Source: Auanema rhodensis (lineage: Eukaryota > Animalia > Nematoda). From it: 64,000 nt of DNA. The stretch spans positions 22,506,001 to 22,570,000 of the forward strand of contig OZ059894.1 in NCBI GenBank assembly GCA_964057225.1, read 5' to 3'. Made by a program: the position numbers and the translations under genes. This document shows, in pieces, positions 11,233-25,272 of the stretch (positions are counted from its first letter, which is position 1; the number at the start of each line of letters is the position of its first letter). The notes below the pieces were generated by a model. That model did not search any database and was not told the origin of the DNA. It saw nothing but the letters and a program-made list of their open reading frames with translations.

Positions 11233-14040
11233 GTCAAAATGTTTTTGGAAGCAATGTTGAGTGTACATGGAAACTCAACATACACTAATGCATCATTTTT
11301 CAAACGATTATAACTAATTTTTGTATTAAGCGTTTCTCAATGTAGTATAGTGCATTCGATGCGGATTTTTAAGCTGCGTCGATCTGTGTTATCAGATTTG
11401 CGCTAGCTTAAAAATGCACCGAGATATCAACTGATATAAGTTCACACTTATATCCTCGATTTTCACCCTGAAGGAATAATTTTTTCGTTGAATAACATTG
11501 TCCATCGTCTTTGCCTTGAAAAAAGGAATCTAAAAACATCTACTTTTTGCTAAATTATTTTGAAATTTTTCGAAAAAATTTTTGTCAAAATGTTTTTGGA
11601 AGCATTGTTGAGTGTACATGGAAACTCAACATACACTAATGCATCATTTTTCAAACGATCATAACTATTTTTTGTATTAAGCGTTTCTCAATGTAGTATA
11701 GTGCATTCGATGCGGATTTTTAAGCTGCGTCGATCTCTGTTATCAGATTTGCGCTAGCTTAAAAATGCACCGAGATATCAACTGATATAAGTTCACACTT
11801 ATATCCTCGATTTTCACCCTGAAGAATTAATTTTTTCGTTGAATAACATTGTCCATCGTCTTTGCCTTGAAAAATGGAATCTAAAAACATCTACTTTTTG
11901 CTAAATTATTTTGAAATTTTTCGAAAAAATTTTTGTCAAAATGTTTTTGGAAGCATTGTTGAGTGTACATGGAAACTCAACATACACTAATGCATCATTT
12001 TTCAAACGATCATAACTAATTTTTGTATTAAGCGTTTCTCAATGTAGTATAGTGCATTCGATGCGGATTTTTAAGCTGCGTCGATCTCTGTTATCAGATT
12101 TGCGCTAGCTTAAAAATGCACCGAGATATCAACTGATATAAGTTCACACTTATATCCTCGATTTTCACCCTGAAGGAATAATTTTTTCGTTGAATAACAT
12201 TGTCCATCGTCTTTGCCTTGAAAAAAGGAATCTAAAAACATCTACTTTTTGCTAAATTATTTTGAAATTTTTCGAAAAAATTTTTGTCAAAATGTTTTTG
12301 GAAGCATTGTTGAGTGTACATGGAAACTCAACATACACTAATGCATCATTTTTCAAACGATCATAACTAATTTTTGTATTAAGCGTTTCTCAATGTAGTA
12401 TAGTGCATTCGATGCGGATTTTTAAGCTGCGTCGATCTGTGTTATCAGATTTGCGCTAGCTTAAAAATGCACCGAGATATCAACTGATATAAGTTCACAC
12501 TTATATCCTCGATTTTCACCCTGAAGAATTAATTTTTTCGTTGAATAACATTGTCCATCTTCTTTGCCTTGAAAAATGAAATCTAAAAACATCTACTTTT
12601 TGCTAAATTATTTTGAAATTTTTCGAAAAAATTTTTGTCAAAATGTTTTTGGAAGCATTGTTGAGTGTACATGGAAACTCAACATACACTAATGCATCAT
12701 TTTTCAAACGATCATAACTAATTTTTGTATCAAGCGTTTCTCAATGTAGTTTAGTGCATTCGATGCGGATTTTTAAGCTGCGTCGATCTGTGTTATCAGA
12801 TTTGCGCTAGCTTAAAAATGCACCGAGATATCAACTGATATAAGTTCACACTTATATCCTCGATTTTCACCCTGAAGGAATAATTTTTTCGTTGAATAAA
12901 ATTGTCCATCGTCTTTGCCTTGAAAAATGAAATCTAAAAACATCTACTTTTTGCTAAATTATTTTGAAATTTTTCGAAAAAATTTTTGTCAAAATGTTTT
13001 TGGAAGCATTGTTGAGTGTACATGGAAACTCAACATACACTAATGCATCATTTTTCAAACGATCATAACTAATTTTTGTATTAAGCGTTTCTCAATGTAG
13101 TATAGTGCATTCGATGCGGATTTTTAAGCTGCGTCGATCTCTGTTATCAGATTTGCGCTAGCTTAAAAATGCACCGAGATATCAACTGATATAAGTTCAC
13201 ACTTATATCCTCGATTTTCACCCTGAAGGAATAATTTTTTCGTTGAATAACACTGTCCATCGTCTTTGCCTTGAAAAAAGGAATCTAAAAACATCTACTT
13301 TTTGCTAAATTATTTTGAAATTTTTCGAAAAAATTTTTGTCAAAATGTTTTTGGAAGCATTGTTGAGTGTACATGGAAACTCAACATACACTAATGCATC
13401 ATTTTTCAAACGATCATAACTAATTTTTGTATTAAGCGTTTCTCAATGTAGTATAGTGCATTCGATGCGGATTTTTAAGCTGCGTCGATCTCTGTTATCA
13501 GATTTGCGCTAGCTTAAAAATGCACCGAGATATCAACTGATATAAGTTCACACTTATATCCTCGATTTTCACCCTGAAGGAATAATTTTTTCGTTGAATA
13601 ACATTGTCCATCGTCTTTGCCTTGAAAAAAGGAATCTAAAAACATCTACTTTTTGCTAAATTATTTTGAAATTTTTCGAAAAAATTTTTGTCAAAATGTT
13701 TTTGGAAGCATTGTTGAGTGTACATGGAAACTCAACATACACTAATGCATCATTTTTCAAACGATCATAACTAATTTTTGTATTAAGCGTTTCTCAATGT
13801 AGTATAGTGCATTCGATGCGGATTTTTAAGCTGCGTCGATCTGTGTTATCAGATTTGCGCTAGCTTAAAAATGCACCGAGATATCAACTGATATAAGTTC
13901 ACACTTATATCCTCGATTTTCACCCTGAAGAATTAATTTTTTCGTTGAATAACATTGTCCATCTTCTTTGCCTTGAATAAAGGAATCTAAAAACATCTAC
14001 TTTTTGCTAAATTATTTTGAAATTTTTCGAAAAAATTTTT

Positions 14041-16848
14041 GTCAAAATGTTTTTGGAAGCAATGTTGAGTGTACATGGAAACTCAACATACACTAATGCA
14101 TCATTTTTCAAACGATCATAACTAATTTTTGTATTAAGCGTTTCTCAATGTAGTATAGTGCATTCGATGCGGATTTTTAAGCTGCGTCGATCTGTGTTAT
14201 CAGATTTGCGCTAGCTTAAAAATGCACCGAGATATCAACTGATATAAGTTCACACTTATATCCTCGATTTTCACCCTGAAGGAATAATTTTTTCGTTGAA
14301 TAACATTGTCCATCGTCTTTGCCTTGAAAAAAGGAATCTAAAAACATCTACTTTTTGCTAAATTATTTTGAAATTTTTCGAAAAAATTTTTGTCAAAATG
14401 TTTTTGGAAGCATTGTTGAGTGTACATGGAAACTCAACATACACTAATGCATCATTTTTCAAACGATCATAACTATTTTTTGTATTAAGCGTTTCTCAAT
14501 GTAGTATAGTGCATTCGATGCGGATTTTTAAGCTGCGTCGATCTCTGTTATCAGATTTGCGCTAGCTTAAAAATGCACCGAGATATCAACTGATATAAGT
14601 TCACACTTATATCCTCGATTTTCACCCTGAAGAATTAATTTTTTCGTTGAATAACATTGTCCATCGTCTTTGCCTTGAAAAATGGAATCTAAAAACATCT
14701 ACTTTTTGCTAAATTATTTTGAAATTTTTCGAAAAAATTTTTGTCAAAATGTTTTTGGAAGCATTGTTGAGTGTACATGGAAACTCAACATACACTAATG
14801 CATCATTTTTCAAACGATCATAACTAATTTTTGTATCAAGCGTTTCTCAATGTAGTTTAGTGCATTCGATGCGGATTTTTAAGCTGCGTCGATCTGTGTT
14901 ATCAGATTTGCGCTAGCTTAAAAATGCACCGAGATATCAACTGATATAAGTTCACACTTATATCCTCGATTTTCACCCTGAAGGAATAATTTTTTCGTTG
15001 AATAACACTGTCCATCGTCTTTGCCTTGAAAAAAGGAATCTAAAAACATCTACTTTTTGCTAAATTATTTTGAAATTTTTCGAAAAAATTTTTGTCAAAA
15101 TGTTTTTGGAAGCATTGTTGAGTGTACATGGAAACTCAACATACACTAATGCATCATTTTTCAAACGATCATAACTAATTTTTGTATTAAGCGTTTCTCA
15201 ATGTAGTATAGTGCATTCGATGCGGATTTTTAAGCTGCGTCGATCTCTGTTATCAGATTTGCGCTAGCTTAAAAATGCACCGAGATATCAACTGATATAA
15301 GTTCACACTTATATCCTCGATTTTCACCCTGAAGGAATAATTTTTTCGTTGAATAACATTGTCCATCGTCTTTGCCTTGAAAAAAGGAATCTAAAAACAT
15401 CTACTTTTTGCTAAATTATTTTGAAATTTTTCGAAAAAATTTTTGTCAAAATGTTTTTGGAAGCAATGTTGAGTGTACATGGAAACTCAACATACACTAA
15501 TGCATCATTTTTCAAACGATCATAACTAATTTTTGTATTAAGCGTTTCTCAATGTAGTATAGTGCATTCGATGCGGATTTTTAAGCTGCGTCGATCTGTG
15601 TTATCAGATTTGCGCTAGCTTAAAAATGCACCGAGATATCAACTGATATAAGTTCACACTTATATCCTCGATTTTCACCCTGAAGGAATAATTTTTTCGT
15701 TGAATAACATTGTCCATCGTCTTTGCCTTGAAAAAAGGAATCTAAAAACATCTACTTTTTGCTAAATTATTTTGAAATTTTTCGAAAAAATTTTTGTCAA
15801 AATGTTTTTGGAAGCATTGTTGAGTGTACATGGAAACTCAACATACACTAATGCATCATTTTTCAAACGATCATAACTATTTTTTGTATTAAGCGTTTCT
15901 CAATGTAGTATAGTGCATTCGATGCGGATTTTTAAGCTGCGTCGATCTCTGTTATCAGATTTGCGCTAGCTTAAAAATGCACCGAGATATCAACTGATAT
16001 AAGTTCACACTTATATCCTCGATTTTCACCCTGAAGAATTAATTTTTTCGTTGAATAACATTGTCCATCGTCTTTGCCTTGAAAAATGGAATCTAAAAAC
16101 ATCTACTTTTTGCTAAATTATTTTGAAATTTTTCGAAAAAATTTTTGTCAAAATGTTTTTGGAAGCATTGTTGAGTGTACATGGAAACTCAACATACACT
16201 AATGCATCATTTTTCAAACGATCATAACTAATTTTTGTATCAAGCGTTTCTCAATGTAGTTTAGTGCATTCGATGCGGATTTTTAAGCTGCGTCGATCTG
16301 TGTTATCAGATTTGCGCTAGCTTAAAAATGCACCGAGATATCAACTGATATAAGTTCACACTTATATCCTCGATTTTCACCCTGAAGGAATAATTTTTTC
16401 GTTGAATAACACTGTCCATCGTCTTTGCCTTGAAAAAAGGAATCTAAAAACATCTACTTTTTGCTAAATTATTTTGAAATTTTTCGAAAAAATTTTTGTC
16501 AAAATGTTTTTGGAAGCATTGTTGAGTGTACATGGAAACTCAACATACACTAATGCATCATTTTTCAAACGATCATAACTAATTTTTGTATTAAGCGTTT
16601 CTCAATGTAGTATAGTGCATTCGATGCGGATTTTTAAGCTGCGTCGATCTCTGTTATCAGATTTGCGCTAGCTTAAAAATGCACCGAGATATCAACTGAT
16701 ATAAGTTCACACTTATATCCTCGATTTTCACCCTGAAGGAATAATTTTTTCGTTGAATAACATTGTCCATCGTCTTTGCCTTGAAAAAAGGAATCTAAAA
16801 ACATCTACTTTTTGCTAAATTATTTTGAAATTTTTCGAAAAAATTTTT
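14041..16848 (+). repeat. Tandem 4-mer duplication (M41-44 = M45-48, 1404 bp)
   Basis: The same four haplotypes occur in the same order (22A; 85T/154C/GAATT/ATGG; 95C/115T/266C; 154C), with no difference noticed. Confidence 0.8.
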
Positions 16849-17199
16849 GTCAAAATGTTTTTGGAAGCAATGTTGAGTGTACATGGAAACTCAACATACA
16901 CTAATGCATCATTTTTCAAACGATCATAACTAATTTTTGTATTAAGCGTTTCTCAATGTAGTATAGTGCATTCGATGCGGATTTTTAAGCTGCGTCGATC
17001 TCTGTTATCAGATTTGCGCTAGCTTAAAAATGCACCGAGATATCAACTGATATAAGTTCACACTTATATTCTCGATTTTCACCCTGAAGAATTAATTTTT
17101 TCGTTGAATAACATTGTCCATCGTCTTTGCCTTGAATAAAGGAATCTAAAAACATCTACTTTTTGCTAAATTATTTTGAAATTTTTCGAAAAAATTTTT

Positions 17200-20100
17200 G
17201 TCAAAATGTTTTTGGAAGCAATGTTGAGTGTACATGGAAACTCAACATACACTAATGCATCATTTTTCAAACGATTATAACTAATTTTTGTATTAAGCGT
17301 TTCTCAATGTAGTATAGTGCATTCGATGCGGATTTTTAAGCTGCGTCGATCTGTGTTATCAGATTTGCGCTAGCTTAAAAATGCACCGAGATATCAACTG
17401 ATATAAGTTCACACTTATATCCTCGATTTTCACCCTGAAGGAATAATTTTTTCGTTGAATAACATTGTCCATCGTCTTTGCCTTGAAAAAAGGAATCTAA
17501 AAACATCTACTTTTTGCTAAATTATTTTGAAATTTTTCGAAAAAATTTTTGTCAAAATGTTTTTGGAAGCATTGTTGAGTGTACATGGAAACTCAACATA
17601 CACTAATGCATCATTTTTCAAACGATCATAACTATTTTTTGTATTAAGCGTTTCTCAATGTAGTATAGTGCATTCGATGCGGATTTTTAAGCTGCGTCGA
17701 TCTCTGTTATCAGATTTGCGCTAGCTTAAAAATGCACCGAGATATCAACTGATATAAGTTCACACTTATATCCTCGATTTTCACCCTGAAGAATTAATTT
17801 TTTCGTTGAATAACATTGTCCATCGTCTTTGCCTTGAATAAAGGAATCTAAAAACATCTACTTTTTGCTAAATTATTTTGAAATTTTTCGAAAAAATTTT
17901 TGTCAAAATGTTTTTGGAAGCAATGTTGAGTGTACATGGAAACTCAACATACACTAATGCATCATTTTTCAAACGATTATAACTAATTTTTGTATTGAGC
18001 GTTTCTCAATGTAGTATAGTGCATTCGATGCGGATTTTTAAGCTGCGTCGATCTGTGTTATCAGATTTGCGCTAGCTTAAAAATGCACCGAGATATCAAC
18101 TGATATAAGTTCACACTTATATCCTCGATTTTCACCCTGAAGGAATAATTTTTTCGTTGAATAACATTGTCCATCGTCTTTGCCTTGAAAAAAGGAATCT
18201 AAAAACATCTACTTTTTGCTAAATTATTTTGAAATTTTTCGAAAAAATTTTTGTCAAAATGTTTTTGGAAGCATTGTTGAGTGTACATGGAAACTCAACA
18301 TACACTAATGCATCATTTTTCAAACGATCATAACTAATTTTTGTATTAAGCGTTTCTCAATGTAGTAGAGTGCATTCGATGCGGATTTTTAAGCTGCGTC
18401 GATCTGTGTTATCAGATTTGCGCTAGCTTAAAAATGCACCGAGATATCAACTGATATAAGTTCACACTTATATCCTCGATTTTCACCCTGAAGAATTAAT
18501 TTTTTCGTTGAATAACATTGTCCATCGTCTTTGCCTTGAAAAATGAAATCTAAAAACATCTACTTTTTGCTAAATTATTTTGAAATTTTTCGAAAAAATT
18601 TTTGTCAAAATGTTTTTGGAAGCATTGTTGAGTGTACATGGAAACTCAACATACACTAATGCATCATTTTTCAAACGATCATAACTAATTTTTGTATCAA
18701 GCGTTTCTCAATGTAGTTTAGTGCATTCGATGCGGATTTTTAAGCTGCGTCGATCTGTGTTATCAGATTTGCGCTAGCTTAAAAATGCACCGAGATATCA
18801 ACTGATATAAGTTCACACTTATATCCTCGATTTTCACCCTGAAGGAATAATTTTTTCGTTGAATAACATTGTCCATCGTCTTTGCCTTGAAAAAAGGAAT
18901 CTAAAAACATCTACTTTTTGCTAAATTATTTTGAAATTTTTCGAAAAAATTTTTGTCAAAATGTTTTTGGAAGCATTGTTGAGTGTACATGGAAACTCAA
19001 CATACACTAATGCATCATTTTTCAAACGATCATAACTATTTTTTGTATTAAGCGTTTCTCAATGTAGTATAGTGCATTCGATGCGGATTTTTAAGCTGCG
19101 TCGATCTCTGTTATCAGATTTGCGCTAGCTTAAAAATGCACCGAGATATCAACTGATATAAGTTCACACTTATATCCTCGATTTTCACCCTGAAGAATTA
19201 ATTTTTTCGTTGAATAACATTGTCCATCGTCTTTGCCTTGAAAAATGGAATCTAAAAACATCTACTTTTTGCTAAATTATTTTGAAATTTTTCGAAAAAA
19301 TTTTTGTCAAAATGTTTTTGGAAGCATTGTTGAGTGTACATGGAAACTCAACATACACTAATGCATCATTTTTCAAACGATCATAACTAATTTTTGTATC
19401 AAGCGTTTCTCAATGTAGTTTAGTGCATTCGATGCGGATTTTTAAGCTGCGTCGATCTGTGTTATCAGATTTGCGCTAGCTTAAAAATGCACCGAGATAT
19501 CGACTGATATAAGTTCACACTTATATCCTCGATTTTCACCCTGAAGGAATAATTTTTTCGTTGAATAACACTGTCCATCGTCTTTGCCTTGAAAAAAGGA
19601 ATCTAAAAACATCTACTTTTTGCTAAATTATTTTGAAATTTTTCGAAAAAATTTTTGTCAAAATGTTTTTGGAAGCATTGTTGAGTGTACATGGAAACTC
19701 AACATACACTAATGCATCATTTTTCAAACGATCATAACTAATTTTTGTATTAAGCGTTTCTCAATGTAGTATAGTGCATTCGATGCGGATTTTTAAGCTG
19801 CGTCGATCTCTGTTATCAGATTTGCGCTAGCTTAAAAATGCACCGAGATATCAACTGATATAAGTTCACACTTATATCCTCGATTTTCACCCTGAAGGAA
19901 TAATTTTTTCGTTGAATAACATTGTCCATCGTCTTTGCCTTAAAAAAAGGAATCTAAAAACATCTACTTTTTGCTAAATTATTTTGAAATTTTTCGAAAA
20001 AATTTTTGTCAAAATGTTTTTGGAAGCAATGTTGAGTGTACATGGAAACTCAACATACACTAATGCATCATTTTTCAAACGATCATAACTAATTTTTGTA

Positions 20101-23100
20101 TTAAGCGTTTCTCAATGTAGTATAGTGCATTCGATGCGGATTTTTAAGCTGCGTCGATCTGTGTTATCAGATTTGCACTAGCTTAAAAATGCACCGAGAT
20201 ATCAACTGATATAAGTTCACACTTATATCCTCGATTTTCACCCTGAAGGAATAATTTTTTCGTTGAATAACACTGTCCATCGTCTTTGCCTTGAAAAAAG
20301 GAATCTAAAAACATCTACTTTTTGCTAAATTATTTTGAAATTTTTCGAAAAAATTTTTGTCAAAATGTTTTTGGAAGCATTGTTGAGTGTACATGGAAAC
20401 TCAACATACACTAATGCATCATTTTTCAAACGATCATAACTAATTTTTGTATTAAGCGTTTCTCAATGTAGTATAGTGCATTCGATGCGGATTTTTAAGC
20501 TGCGTCGATCTCTGTTATCAGATTTGCGCTAGCTTAAAAATGCACCGAGATATCAACTGATATAAGTTCACACTTATATCCTCGATTTTCACCCTGAAGG
20601 AATAATTTTTTCGTTGAATAACATTGTCCATCGTCTTTGCCTTGAAAAAAGGAATCTAAAAACATCTACTTTTTGCTAAATTATTTTGAAATTTTTCGAA
20701 AAAATTTTTGTCAAAATGTTTTTGGAAGCATTGTTGAGTGTACATGGAAACTCAACATACACTAATGCATCATTTTTCAAACGATCATAACTAATTTTTG
20801 TATCAAGCGTTTCTCAATGTAGTTTAGTGCATTCGATGCGGATTTTTAAGCTGCGTCGATCTGTGTTATCAGATTTGCGCTAGCTTAAAAATGCACCGAG
20901 ATATCAACTGATATAAGTTCACACTTATATCCTCGATTTTCACCCTGAAGGAATAATTTTTTCGTTGAATAAAATTGTCCATCGTCTTTGCCTTGAAAAA
21001 TGAAATCTAAAAACATCTACTTTTTGCTAAATTATTTTGAAATTTTTCGAAAAAATTTTTGTCAAAATGTTTTTGGAAGCATTGTTGAGTGTACATGGAA
21101 ACTCAACATACACTAATGCATTATTTTTCAAACGATCATAACTAATTTTTGTATCAAGCGTTTCTCAATGTAGTTTAGTGCATTCGATGCGGATTTTTAA
21201 GCTGCGTCGATCTCTGTTATCAGATTTGCGCTAGCTTAAAAATGCACCGAGATATCAACTGATATAAGTTCACACTTATATCCTCGATTTTCACCCTGAA
21301 GGAATAATTTTTTCGTTGAATAACATTGTCCATCGTCTTTGCCTTGAAAAAAGGAATCTAAAAACATCTACTTTTTGCTAAATTATTTTGAAATTTTTCG
21401 AAAAAATTTTTGTCAAAATGTTTTTGGAAGCAATGTTGAGTGTACATGGAAACTCAACATACACTAATGCATCATTTTTCAAACGATTATAACTAATTTT
21501 TGTATTAAGCGTTTCTCAATGTAGTATAGTGCATTCGATGCGGATTTTTAAGCTGCGTCGATCTGTGTTATCAGATTTGCGCTAGCTTAAAAATGCACCG
21601 AGATATCAACTGATATAAGTTCACACTTATATCCTCGATTTTCACCCTGAAGGAATAATTTTTTCGTTGAATAACATTGTCCATCGTCTTTGCCTTGAAA
21701 AAAGGAATCTAAAAACATCTACTTTTTGCTAAATTATTTTGAAATTTTTCGAAAAAATTTTTGTCAAAATGTTTTTGGAAGCATTGTTGAGTGTACATGG
21801 AAACTCAACATACACTAATGCATCATTTTTCAAACGATCATAACTATTTTTTGTATTAAGCGTTTCTCAATGTAGTATAGTGCATTCGATGCGGATTTTT
21901 AAGCTGCGTCGATCTCTGTTATCAGATTTGCGCTAGCTTAAAAATGCACCGAGATATCAACTGATATAAGTTCACACTTATATCCTCGATTTTCACCCTG
22001 AAGAATTAATTTTTTCGTTGAATAACATTGTCCATCGTCTTTGCCTTGAATAAAGGAATCTAAAAACATCTACTTTTTGCTAAATTATTTTGAAATTTTT
22101 CGAAAAAATTTTTGTCAAAATGTTTTTGGAAGCAATGTTGAGTGTACATGGAAACTCAACATACACTAATGCATCATTTTTCAAACGATTATAACTAATT
22201 TTTGTATTGAGCGTTTCTCAATGTAGTATAGTGCATTCGATGCGGATTTTTAAGCTGCGTCGATCTGTGTTATCAGATTTGCGCTAGCTTAAAAATGCAC
22301 CGAGATATCAACTGATATAAGTTCACACTTATATCCTCGATTTTCACCCTGAAGGAATAATTTTTTCGTTGAATAACATTGTCCATCGTCTTTGCCTTGA
22401 AAAAAGGAATCTAAAAACATCTACTTTTTGCTAAATTATTTTGAAATTTTTCGAAAAAATTTTTGTCAAAATGTTTTTGGAAGCATTGTTGAGTGTACAT
22501 GGAAACTCAACATACACTAATGCATCATTTTTCAAACGATCATAACTAATTTTTGTATCAAGCGTTTCTCAATGTAGTTTAGTGCATTCGATGCGGATTT
22601 TTAAGCTGCGTCGATCTGTGTTATCAGATTTGCGCTAGCTTAAAAATGCACCGAGATATCAACTGATATAAGTTCACACTTATATCCTCGATTTTCACCC
22701 TGAAGGAATAATTTTTTCGTTGAATAACATTGTCCATCGTCTTTGCCTTGAAAAAAGGAATCTAAAAACATCTACTTTTTGCTAAATTATTTTGAAATTT
22801 TTCGAAAAAATTTTTGTCAAAATGTTTTTGGAAGCATTGTTGAGTGTACATGGAAACTCAACATACACTAATGCATCATTTTTCAAACGATCATAACTAT
22901 TTTTTGTATTAAGCGTTTCTCAATGTAGTATAGTGCATTCGATGCGGATTTTTAAGCTGCGTCGATCTCTGTTATCAGATTTGCGCTAGCTTAAAAATGC
23001 ACCGAGATATCAACTGATATAAGTTCACACTTATATCCTCGATTTTCACCCTGAAGAATTAATTTTTTCGTTGAATAACATTGTCCATCGTCTTTGCCTT

Positions 23101-25272
23101 GAAAAATGGAATCTAAAAACATCTACTTTTTGCTAAATTATTTTGAAATTTTTCGAAAAAATTTTTGTCAAAATGTTTTTGGAAGCATTGTTGAGTGTAC
23201 ATGGAAACTCAACATACACTAATGCATCATTTTTCAAACGATCATAACTAATTTTTGTATCAAGCGTTTCTCAATGTAGTTTAGTGCATTCGATGCGGAT
23301 TTTTAAGCTGCGTCGATCTGTGTTATCAGATTTGCGCTAGCTTAAAAATGCACCGAGATATCAACTGATATAAGTTCACACTTATATCCTCGATTTTCAC
23401 CCTGAAGGAATAATTTTTTCGTTGAATAACACTGTCCATCGTCTTTGCCTTGAAAAAAGGAATCTAAAAACATCTACTTTTTGCTAAATTATTTTGAAAT
23501 TTTTCGAAAAAATTTTTGTCAAAATGTTTTTGGAAGCATTGTTGAGTGTACATGGAAACTCAACATACACTAATGCATCATTTTTCAAACGATCATAACT
23601 AATTTTTGTATTAAGCGTTTCTCAATGTAGTATAGTGCATTCGATGCGGATTTTTAAGCTGCGTCGATCTCTGTTATCAGATTTGCGCTAGCTTAAAAAT
23701 GCACCGAGATATCAACTGATATAAGTTCACACTTATATCCTCGATTTTCACCCTGAAGGAATAATTTTTTCGTTGAATAACATTGTCCATCGTCTTTGCC
23801 TTGAAAAAAGGAATCTAAAAACATCTACTTTTTGCTAAATTATTTTGAAATTTTTCGAAAAAATTTTTGTCAAAATGTTTTTGGAAGCAATGTTGAGTGT
23901 ACATGGAAACTCAACATACACTAATGCATCATTTTTCAAACGATCATAACTAATTTTTGTATTAAGCGTTTCTCAATGTAGTATAGTGCATTCGATGCGG
24001 ATTTTTAAGCTGCGTCGATCTGTGTTATCAGATTTGCGCTAGCTTAAAAATGCACCGAGATATCAACTGATATAAGTTCACACTTATATCCTCGATTTTC
24101 ACCCTGAAGGAATAATTTTTTCGTTGAATAACACTGTCCATCGTCTTTGCCTTGAAAAAAGGAATCTAAAAACATCTACTTTTTGCTAAATTATTTTGAA
24201 ATTTTTCGAAAAAATTTTTGTCAAAATGTTTTTGGAAGCATTGTTGAGTGTACATGGAAACTCAACATACACTAATGCATCATTTTTCAAACGATCATAA
24301 CTAATTTTTGTATTAAGCGTTTCTCAATGTAGTATAGTGCATTCGATGCGGATTTTTAAGCTGCGTCGATCTCTGTTATCAGATTTGCGCTAGCTTAAAA
24401 ATGCACCGAGATATCAACTGATATAAGTTCACACTTATATCCTCGATTTTCACCCTGAAGGAATAATTTTTTCGTTGAATAACATTGTCCATCGTCTTTG
24501 CCTTGAAAAAAGGAATCTAAAAACATCTACTTTTTGCTAAATTATTTTGAAATTTTTCGAAAAAATTTTTGTCAAAATGTTTTTGGAAGCATTGTTGAGT
24601 GTACATGGAAACTCAACATACACTAATGCATCATTTTTCAAACGATCATAACTAATTTTTGTATCAAGCGTTTCTCAATGTAGTTTAGTGCATTCGATGC
24701 GGATTTTTAAGCTGCGTCGATCTGTGTTATCAGATTTGCGCTAGCTTAAAAATGCACCGAGATATCAACTGATATAAGTTCACACTTATATCCTCGATTT
24801 TCACCCTGAAGGAATAATTTTTTCGTTGAATAAAATTGTCCATCGTCTTTGCCTTGAAAAATGAAATCTAAAAACATCTACTTTTTGCTAAATTATTTTG
24901 AAATTTTTCGAAAAAATTTTTGTCAAAATGTTTTTGGAAGCATTGTTGAGTGTACATGGAAACTCAACATACACTAATGCATTATTTTTCAAACGATCAT
25001 AACTAATTTTTGTATCAAGCGTTTCTCAATGTAGTTTAGTGCATTCGATGCGGATTTTTAAGCTGCGTCGATCTCTGTTATCAGATTTGCGCTAGCTTAA
25101 AAATGCACCGAGATATCAACTGATATAAGTTCACACTTATATCCTCGATTTTCACCCTGAAGAATTAATTTTTTCGTTGAATAACATTGTCCATCGTCTT
25201 TGCCTTGAATAAAGGAATCTAAAAACATCTACTTTTTGCTAAATTATTTTGAAATTTTTCGAAAAAATTTTT
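17200..25272 (+). repeat. 12-mer/11-mer duplication (M50-61 ~ M62-72)
   Basis: p.96G at 17997/22209 (4212 = 12 units); p.62T at 21122/24983 (3861 = 11 units). Haplotype order is colinear except that M53 has no counterpart. Confidence 0.85.
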